Shown here in pieces: positions 31,801 through 40,668 of a stretch of DNA of 43,216 nt; position 1 is the stretch's first letter, and each line of letters opens with the position of its first letter. The DNA is from Craspedostauros australis (lineage: Eukaryota). Made by a program: the position numbers and the translations under genes. A model generated the notes under the pieces. It was not told where the DNA came from, did no database searches, and saw only the letters and a program-made list of their open reading frames with translations. Location: positions 62,001 to 105,216 of the forward strand of contig JALAGF010003606.1 in NCBI GenBank assembly GCA_030167865.1. Direction: 5' to 3'.

Positions 31801-34800
31801 AAGCCCTGCTAATCAAGTTAGTACATATCATAGAGGCTAGCACCATTTTGACACAACCACGTCCGCAACTACTCTCAGACTACTAGCACATGCGTCCTCT
31901 CTACCACTACCTGGAGAGGGTCTTCTATCAGTGTACGAGCACTGATTCCATCACCATACAGAGTTGAACGACACGCCACAGCATGCCGCACGCATCTGTC
32001 ATCGACTCCGTCCTTCCTCGTTGGTCACTCCCTGTCGACACACTTGGGCGGCGGCAACTCTAGGTCGTGTTTCGACAGCTGTAGTCATGGCCCCTTCCAA
32101 ACCATGGTGCAGGTAAGAAGAGCAACAAAAGACGGAGCGGAGCTGATCGGAGGAGGAAATCTGTAACTGTTGTGCACCCCGGATGAAACGGTATCAAGAC
32201 CAGAAACCAAACGCGTCGCTGAGGATCAACGGTTTCGCGATTGTCTCGAAAGGGAGAAGACCGCGAACGTCGCCTCTCATCGCTGTTTCACGATCTCGGG
32301 TGATTTCATCCTCCTCTTGGTCGGAGGCCTTCTGCTCTGGATGTTCCCGTCGGGTAGATGGTCCGGATTCTTTTTCTCAGCTCTCTCTCTCTCTCCAATT
32401 CCTCGCTGCTCTTGTCAACTCGCACATGATGCGGTGCAGGTGGATCCAGGTCGACGAAGCAAGAGAAGACGTCCGATACCTGTCCCCTCTCGTCTCGCTT
32501 CTCTCCGTTCCATTTCAGGTTGTCTTTGGATCAACAAACGGCTCCTATTAGTACAGACGCTGCGAATACCAAACTTTCCCTCGATGCCCACATCATCACA
32601 AATTCGAATGCCGTACTCAACAAGTAAACATGCGTTACTAAAGCATTGGCAGAGCAGAGTACTCTATACACGGAATCATACGTGAAGAATCCAGGTCGGT
32701 GCACCAACAACTTCGCGAGATGTATCTCATGCACCCTTCTTTCCAATGGGCGTAAGGGCGCACCAACTTGTTCATTCCGACGCAAGTGTCCTCTGTTGCG
32801 CGAACCGGATTGTCGTTGAACTTGTGTCTGACGACATTTGGGGTGATCACCTGTCGTCCAGAGATATCAGATGAGGCGTGGCGACGAGGCATAAAAATAT
32901 GTCTCTGTTGTGGCTTCTGCGTTGATGTGTGCTCTTGTGGCTCGGTAACTATCCCCATGACTTAAATCTCGCGGACTTTTTCTTGTCACCATTGTGGCAT
33001 TTATTCAGTTATTGCGGCATGTTCCATTATGTGTCGATGATGAATACGACAGAAGCGCGACAAGGGGGTTGGTCTTTCACCGGTTGGTATTGCATCTTGG
33101 TTGTGGACACAACGAGGGAGCACAAGCATCGCCTTTCCAGGTTCAAGACAACGGACTCCGGCTTCATCGTAATTATCGCTGCGAGCACAACATTTAGCGG
33201 GGAGTTGCTTTTCTGTGTGTTGGCGGTTCTGGATTCGCTTCTACATCGCCAACATGCGGCACCCGGTGTTTAAGTTGCTCAAAGGAAGGCAAAAAGGCAA
33301 CATCGTACGTATACGGTCAGCCGTGTTGTCGCGCGATTTGACTGTGCGCAAGAGCGTTTGCTTTGATGGTACGGGGTTAAACAGAGAAAAGAATGAAGTT
33401 ATTTTTGTCACGAACTGGTCATTTTCCGACGTCCCTCGCTGCCTGTTGTCTTCTATCTCTCCCACACCAAAAAATGGAGCCGTTCCGACCACATGAATGG
33501 GGCTGTGCTCAAGCTTTGTATCGACATCAGAGGACGACGAGACCATACCCTATACCACACACACTCGCACCACACATTCATTGCACACACGAGTATGTAT
33601 GGTACTCTACTGCCAGGGCAGTCTTCGTCTTGCGGGTCAGCATCAGGCCATATCATGTGCGCACTCGAGACCATGATGCAAACGTGCGGGCACGCTGCTG
33701 CGACTATGGTCTTCCTGCGAACACTTCTACCAACATCTGGACCCCATGTATGACTGCCTCTCATCCTCCCTCCTGTACGGAATACGACTAGCTCGTGCAT
33801 TGCGACGTCACGCAAACATGAGACATGCACTAGTACTGTACCATATGTACTAATAAAAGTGTGGATGGAGTTGACGTCAGCTCTGGTGATGAATTCGGCA
33901 ATCCATCACTTCATCAGGCCGTCGCTGCATCTGTTGTACCACCCGGATAGGAAGAACGGTTCGCCATGGGCGTATCACACATACCCACGGGCGCCGACAG
34001 AGAGGACTGGGGAAGAAACAGTGGCAAACGTGACAACATCATCACAAAGTTGGTCGCCTCGTGCCCCTGGATGAGGTTGGTACTTAGTCACAGTTGACGC
34101 TCTGCGACAGGGTTGCGGATCAAAAGGGAAGAAACGAAGTCAGAATCGTGACTCTCAGACACCGACATCCATCATTCAGTGTCCCAATCATAGCCAAGGA
34201 CACCCACACGCCTCAGCCGGTTCGTTGCCATTGGTCCATTCCATTCTTGTATGCCGAACGCAGTGCACTCCAGTGGTATTGCACCGTTCCACACATACTC
34301 ATACTCGCACGAGTACTTCGCGCGTATGGGTGCGCTGTGTGCAGGGTGCAGATCGTCCACAACAATGTGCGAGTGCATACGAGCACGTACAAATGGGCCC
34401 TCAACAGGACACACCATCACGAACGACAGCGAATCGATCGTATCAACTTGGTTGTACCATCTGAGCTGCAAATGCAAAATCTATTGGTGGATTCTCGAAG
34501 CATGTATACTCGAGGGCATGGCAAATGCTCCGGATCAATTACCTCTACTCGACTGAACTCCATCCGGATCCGCATGTGGCAACTGGCCACACTTCCAGTT
34601 GATAACCAGCCGCGTTGTCGGTTGATTCAACGATACATCAGCGAACGTGGAAGTTGACATCAACAGTGACAACAGTAGCAACAACGATGGGATCTACCCC
34701 TGCCACTGGCTTCTGCCACCACCCCAGGACGTATGTCACAGTGCCAAGACTGCACCATCTTCCAGGCAACCTGCCACATGACAGCGCTTTCTTCTTGAAG

Positions 34801-34930
34801 GCTTCGGGGATCCGCTCTTCACTATCAGATGCGGGAGGACAGTGGATACGTAACCGAAGGGCCGCAAAGCTGTGTGCCACCAAGCTGTGGCACGCATGCG
34901 CCGAACACGCGTCGCAACGAAGAGAATCGA

Positions 34931-36373
34931 TCACATATCCTGTTGCCACATGAACCGCCTGCGTTCGCCGGGTTCCGCCACGGCCCCTGATCTCTTGGCG
35001 ATGTCGTAGCACTTGTCCAGGAAGGTCATGTGCGAATTGGCTTCTTGGCGGTTGCGACGCGCGACGCTCCTCGAATGCCAGCGCCACAAGTACATCGTCG
35101 CGGATTTGCCGGCGATCGTCCAGAAACCTGCCGATGTGGCGACGGCGGCTTGGCGCACCGTGTCGCCTTCGGCGGCGAGGTTGGCCTGCTTGAGCCAGAA
35201 ACGCGTCATCCACGTCGAGATCTCCATGAACTGTCTCGTGTCGCGACAGTTGGCGAGGTAAATGGACCACGCTGCGATCCGCTCGATGATCGCCAGCACG
35301 AGCAGCACCGTGATGGTGTGCAGGATCATGGGCTCGCGGCAGTAGATGGACGCCGCGACGATGATGCTCGCGAGCGCGTATCCGTTGACGCCTCCGTAGT
35401 AGTGGAAGGTCGACTTGAGGCGAACCCCGGGCAGGTCCTGATTCCGATAGCGACGCCGAAACGTCGCAAAGTAGACGTACACCGCGACGACACGAGCGGC
35501 GACTTCCCGGGGCGGTGCCGTGATGAGCAGGACGGCGCGCCTTGGCCATCCCTCGTCTTCCAAGACGGTATCGGCGTCGGACATGGCATCCGAGTCGGCA
35601 TTGAGATTGGACGACGACGAGCCCACGGTGTCAGTGTCGCTATCGCCGTCCAACTCCAATGAGCAGTCCGATGCCGATCCCAGCGACTTCCGAGAACTGT
35701 GCTGGTGAGATGCGTCCAGATTCATGGAGTCTCCATCTCGCATCTCCCCCTTGTGCTCCTTGGGTTCTTCGTTGGTATCATGGACACCGCCTTTCTGCGG
35801 GTTCCACCGTTGCTGGAACTTCCGTTGTTGCTTCAACTGCTTGCGTTGCCTCAGCATCGTGCGCTCCTCATGCAGAGTCGGCTTGGATGTTGGGCTTTGG
35901 CGTTCACGGTGATGATGTTTGTGTCCATGGTGATGGTGATGGTGTTTGTGATGATCGCGATGGTTGGAGTCAAAGTCGTTGTCATGAGTTCTGATGGTGC
36001 TGTTGCTCTCGCCGCTGACCACACGACCACCTCCCAACGACGAAACCGAGGAGGACACCGAAGATGTGTCCTTGGCTGTCTTGGCATGCATCGGAGAGGT
36101 GAAGGATCTGCTGGAGGCCAACGACGATGACTCCGTCCCGGTGCCATTGCCCCAGCGCAGCCGGTATCTGCGTCGGCGGCGACTGCGATTCAAGCTCGAG
36201 GCAGACGGCAGGCTCCCCACAACGCTGACGGCCTCGCTCTTGTTACTGGCACGCCAGCTGTCGTCGGTGGGTTCGTGTTGCCATCGTCGCCGCGGCATGC
36301 AGCAAGTGAAGGCCACCACATCATCCTGCGGCATGGTGTCTTGCGATGGTTTCTGCTCTTTTGGCGGTCCCAT
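34931..36373 (-). CDS. Hypothetical membrane protein with disordered His/Ser-rich N-terminal half
   Basis: 480-aa ORF with GC-rich third positions in the C-terminal half, a His tract and a hydrophobic hairpin (YALASIIVAASIY / ILHTITVLLVLAII). No family recognised. Confidence 0.7.
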   Translation of the reverse strand: MGPPKEQKPSQDTMPQDDVVAFTCCMPRRRWQHEPTDDSWRASNKSEAVSVVGSLPSASSLNRSRRRRRYRLRWGNGTGTESSSLASSRSFTSPMHAKTAKDTSSVSSSVSSLGGGRVVSGESNSTIRTHDNDFDSNHRDHHKHHHHHHGHKHHHRERQSPTSKPTLHEERTMLRQRKQLKQQRKFQQRWNPQKGGVHDTNEEPKEHKGEMRDGDSMNLDASHQHSSRKSLGSASDCSLELDGDSDTDTVGSSSSNLNADSDAMSDADTVLEDEGWPRRAVLLITAPPREVAARVVAVYVYFATFRRRYRNQDLPGVRLKSTFHYYGGVNGYALASIIVAASIYCREPMILHTITVLLVLAIIERIAAWSIYLANCRDTRQFMEISTWMTRFWLKQANLAAEGDTVRQAAVATSAGFWTIAGKSATMYLWRWHSRSVARRNRQEANSHMTFLDKCYDIAKRSGAVAEPGERRRFMWQQDM

Positions 36374-36421
36374 GGGTGGATTCGATGGGTATTCTCGTGT
36401 TGATTTGTATTACGTCTGGTA

Positions 36422-36452
36422 TTGCTCTGTTGCTCTGTTGCTCTGTTGCTCT
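36422..36452. repeat. Octamer repeat (TTGCTCTG)x~4
   Basis: Directly visible, upstream of the minus-strand membrane protein gene. Confidence 0.85.
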
Positions 36453-37211
36453 TTTGGTATTTTATGTTGTTATTGTGGGCTGTGATGGACCCAGCCGGGC
36501 GGTTGGTTGATTGCTTTTGATGGTTGCTATCGCTAAAGAAGCGTTTCTCTCTTATTTATGCGCGGAGTACCTCTTGTCGGTTCCAGCCTGAAAGCCTCCA
36601 TCGCTCTGCTCCTCCTCTGTTTGTGTCTGTGTGTGTCCTTGTCCCTCGCTCTGCCTCTCTTCGGGCTTCGCGACGCAAAAAACAGGATTGTGTGTGATGA
36701 CTTTCGTCGCTGTCGCCGCAGAATGGTTGTGTTCGGATGAGAGCGAAACACGATCAAGGTGTGGCTGTTGGTGCTGATGCTCCGTCTTTTGTCTCTCTCT
36801 CGTACCTCCAGCAATCGCTGTTCTGGTTGTTACCGCAACTGCCTTCACACATGACACCATGCATGACTGTGACAGGGGAAATATTGTTCTTCGTGACGCT
36901 TGTGACTTGAACTCACATGTCAAACATGAGTTGGCCAATCCGTCTTTCGGAAGTGCAAGATGGACTGCGCCACAATCAACGCCAAATTTTTCGCCTTCGG
37001 CTGCCTGTGCTGTTTGACAAGAGAAAACAACACATCTGAGTCGAATGCGCTTAGTTCGACTCATCGGAATAATCTGTTTTCCAGGAATTGGAAATGTCAG
37101 TGGTGGTTGGTTCCAACACCTCCGGAGGTGTTTTCTGGGTCGTTGGATTTCCCCACACGGTCATCGTACTCGTGTCACCTCCCACCACGTGCCTCTGTGG
37201 CTGTGAATCCA

Positions 37212-37759
37212 ATGACGATGATGACGGCGCTGACGAGAACAGGTGCAGTGAGAAACATCGGAAGGTTGGGAAGCAGTGGTACCCAAGCACCATCGCAGTT
37301 GATCCACCACGTCCGGCCGCTCAGCTTCATCTCTGATCGCAGTCTGCACTCTGCTGTCATCCATAGCAACAGCACAACGAATACAATCCACAGCGCCAGA
37401 ATGAGCGCCGAACAAAACGCCAAATCGGCATCGCGCGACAAGCACCTGCCATCGATGATCGTGTTCGATCTCGACGATTGTCTGTGGACGCCCGAGATGT
37501 TCGAGCTGCCTGGTTTGCCCAGCATCGCCGTGCATGACAAAGTGACCAACTTGGTCGTCGGCCTGCGGGTTCCCCATGCAGACGACACGGTGCGGCTGTT
37601 CGATGGTGCCAGGAAGGTGCTGACCGAACTCGCCACGAATCCAGCCTATCGCGACATCACATTGGCGACGGCGTCGTCGTCGTTGGAGCCATCGTATTCG
37701 TACGCCTGTTTGGCAGCGTTGCAGATTCTGCCCGACACGACGGTGGCCGATATGATGAG
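37212..37759 (+). CDS. MDP1: Magnesium-dependent phosphatase 1 (HAD IIIC), exon 1 only
   Basis: HAD motif I PSMIVFDLDDCLWTP, then VRLFDGAR.VL and motif II LATASSS. Similarity ends at donor AG|GTATGT (37760). The motif III Lys and motif IV FFDD are absent from the window. Alternative ATG at 37401. Confidence 0.82.
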
Positions 37760-38055
37760 GTATGTGGATGAGTGGTGTGTTGTCTATGGTGTGATTGGAA
37801 TGCGGCACAATTGAGTCCGGGCTGTGATGATGCACTCAACTATTGCATCATTTATCGTAGTCTCATCAAAGCACCACATCACTCACCCAACTTCTGCTCT
37901 GCTTCTGGATGGAACCATCCTCACACCGATCTCGACTTGGCTCCACACAACGAATACAATGCATTATGCATAGAATCGGAATTCCGACAAACCAAACCAA
38001 AGAAAAATAAAAACTAATTAATCCCCTAACACAACACAAACAACAGCAAAGCAAA

Positions 38056-40668
38056 ATGACTTCGAACAACCAACCCAACACGAGCCACCGCGAAGAGACC
38101 GAACCCGAGGAAGTACCAACTTTGGAGCCTCCGACCAAGGAGCCCGACAAACCCCCAGCCAAAGGAAGTATAGATGCAAGCAACCAGCACCGAGCTCGAC
38201 GGCAAGCAAAAAGAGCGATCTCATACGACGGCGGAATGGAAGAGAACGACCCCGACGATGTGTCCATCACATACAGACCTCGATCCAACACGTTCAAGAC
38301 AGCAGCCAACAAGACAGGAGTCGAAGTAGAACCATTCGAGAAAGCCACCGGCGACGGATCCATCGACAGAGCTGCGAAGGCGGCATGGAAGGCGCGAGCG
38401 ATATGGTATAACAACGACGAAGCAACAGCGGACCGAGAGAATCCAACAATCAAGCAGTGGGAGCACTTTTTCAGGGACCTCGCGGACGGCAGAGTGACCG
38501 CCTTCGGACCGATCACACTACCCAGCAAAGACCCCACAAGGTTGCGTCTCCTACAGTTCGTGCTCAATGTGGCATCAACAAACCCGCATGAAGTATTCCG
38601 CGCGCATCTCAACAGCAACGGCACAGTGAAAAGCGCACGCGCAGTCAAAGTCTGGAAAGCAGCGAACCGAGTCCTTGGATCCAACTACGACCTAGGGGCA
38701 GCACCTGCTGAAGACGCCGATGGCAACGAAACACGCATGGAAGGGCTCACGCTACAATCCAACGAAGATTTCCCAACAGACCCAAACGAATCACACGGAC
38801 CAGCAGCAGCCTCAATGCCAACTCATCTGAACACAGAATCGCTCAGCACCGACAGCGACTCATATACCAGCAGACAACCAACGAAAAGAACCAGGTTCAA
38901 ATCGCCGAAGAGCACCACAGACTCGCACCGAGTCAGCCAGCAAAGCGGAGGCAGTTCGCAGTCCACAGGATCAACACGAAGCAATGACTCATCCACGGAC
39001 TCTGGCATCACCAACGCCCGCCAACGCAAGAATCGACAAGCGACAAAGACGACAAGAACAGATGATCACTCAGTCAGCTCTGACGAAGAGTCCAACACGT
39101 CGCAAACAAAAATAGCGCCGCCAAGACACGAATTCACTACCCGATTCACCATCAAGCTCAACGTCGACAGAACCGAGGAAGACACAACGGCAGCAGTCCG
39201 AGATCGCATTCGACGCTGGTTCAGGCAAGTCCGGCGAATCGACCCGTCCGCGGTGATACTGCCATGGAGAGAGTCCAGCAACACGGGACCGCACATAGCA
39301 CACTCCGGGCAGATCCCAGAAAGAATGGACGAACTCCGAACCTTCTTCCCCGGACTCCGAGCACCGTCAGGCGAGACTGGAATCACCTACGCCAAAGTGC
39401 GCATCACCACCAGGGAAAACCCATTCGACATCACGGCGGACAGGAACTCAGAACTCAATGCATACTACTACAACGAACATGAAGGGTTGTACGAGGCGCA
39501 GCTCCAGGATGCAGAAGAAGTCAAAGAAATCGGATTCTTGCTGTACTCCGGAGGGTTCACCGACGTCGACGGCACAGTTGACATCATCAACAGAAGCCTC
39601 CGACGCAACAACAGCCAAATCCGAGTGGGAGGCAAGATCAAAAACATAGTTCAGGTCAGCACGGAAACAAGAGAAAAATTCAGGGAGGGCAAGAGGCACT
39701 GGACAGTGCAACCTTGGAGGGCAGTCAAACTTGAGGTTGAACGATCACAGGCATACAGCGCAGTCACTGAGGTGGCCAATCTGTTCAACACCAGAGAAGA
39801 GCGACCAGGAGCAACCAACTTCAGGTTCCTACCAGACAAAAAGTACGAACAGATGTCACGAAAGAAGGCCGAATTCAGAGAAGGGCTAGTGGCCAAGCAT
39901 CAGGCTATACTGTCAGTGATCGAGTACTCAGACGCCGATGGAGTGATCCACCTCGACAAGAAAGTCAAAGGCCGCGACAACAAGTCCATCACACTCAGGA
40001 AGCTCATCCTCAGAGAGACCAACGACAAAGGCAAGAGGATCTTTCACAGCGTAGACCGCGCAAGAGGAACAGACGACCAAGTCGTGGCCCACTCCTTTCC
40101 CGAATACCAGGAGGAGGCCAAGCACTACATGAGTCTGCTGCCGGCAATCGCGCGCCACAAAGTGGGAGAGAAGGCCGAGAAATGGTTCAGCCCTGAGGTG
40201 TGGATCGCCAGCCTCAACATCGTGCATGACCCGGCCACCAACGATTACACATCTCCAGATGTCCACAATCTCGAAGACATCGCCGACGAAGAATTTCCGG
40301 CCAGTGTGATAATCACCAACATCCCGGACATGATGCCCACCACTCATCGACCAGCAGCCCTCGACAACAGAAGCATCTTCAACCCCAACTCAACTGTCGG
40401 CACAACCAACCGGTCCATCGATTCTGCCTACACAGCAGCCCCCAGGCAGGAGACCGACAACCAACAGGCGGAGACCGACTCAACGGAACGAGCTCCCCAC
40501 CACGGCTCGGCAAGCCCCGAAGGGATACTCCGCACAGGATCCGACACAAGGTACAGTCAACAACAATCCCGGGAAGCCCAATTGCTCGCACAGGTCCAAG
40601 CACTCCGACGGGAGCTCGGCAAACCCAACGGCGACCCTCCGCAGCCCAATGGAGGACAGTCACCATGA
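38056..40668 (+). CDS. Retrotransposon ORF1 protein (870 aa)
   Basis: Long ORF directly upstream of, and overlapping, the APE-RT ORF, with the same compositional bias. Ordered central region (IDPSAVILPW, IGFLLYS, IFHSVD, KWFSPE). Confidence 0.85.
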   Translation: MTSNNQPNTSHREETEPEEVPTLEPPTKEPDKPPAKGSIDASNQHRARRQAKRAISYDGGMEENDPDDVSITYRPRSNTFKTAANKTGVEVEPFEKATGDGSIDRAAKAAWKARAIWYNNDEATADRENPTIKQWEHFFRDLADGRVTAFGPITLPSKDPTRLRLLQFVLNVASTNPHEVFRAHLNSNGTVKSARAVKVWKAANRVLGSNYDLGAAPAEDADGNETRMEGLTLQSNEDFPTDPNESHGPAAASMPTHLNTESLSTDSDSYTSRQPTKRTRFKSPKSTTDSHRVSQQSGGSSQSTGSTRSNDSSTDSGITNARQRKNRQATKTTRTDDHSVSSDEESNTSQTKIAPPRHEFTTRFTIKLNVDRTEEDTTAAVRDRIRRWFRQVRRIDPSAVILPWRESSNTGPHIAHSGQIPERMDELRTFFPGLRAPSGETGITYAKVRITTRENPFDITADRNSELNAYYYNEHEGLYEAQLQDAEEVKEIGFLLYSGGFTDVDGTVDIINRSLRRNNSQIRVGGKIKNIVQVSTETREKFREGKRHWTVQPWRAVKLEVERSQAYSAVTEVANLFNTREERPGATNFRFLPDKKYEQMSRKKAEFREGLVAKHQAILSVIEYSDADGVIHLDKKVKGRDNKSITLRKLILRETNDKGKRIFHSVDRARGTDDQVVAHSFPEYQEEAKHYMSLLPAIARHKVGEKAEKWFSPEVWIASLNIVHDPATNDYTSPDVHNLEDIADEEFPASVIITNIPDMMPTTHRPAALDNRSIFNPNSTVGTTNRSIDSAYTAAPRQETDNQQAETDSTERAPHHGSASPEGILRTGSDTRYSQQQSREAQLLAQVQALRRELGKPNGDPPQPNGGQSP

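Noticed and set aside
31900-34657. 2.7-kb region with fragmentary ORFs, a TGACGTCA palindrome (33872) and an imperfect hairpin (about 33788-33833)
   Set aside because: No TIRs, LTRs, TSD, RNA-gene fold or protein family that I can support by eye.
34638-35662. ORFs 34638..35549 (-) and 35030..35662 (+)
   Set aside because: Alternative-frame and antisense by-products of GC-rich codon usage in the 34931..36373 gene.
37760-37814. MDP-1 C-terminus RYVDEWCVVYGVIGMRHN as given in the ORF track
   Set aside because: Read-through into the intron after the GTATGT donor; lacks HAD motifs III and IV.
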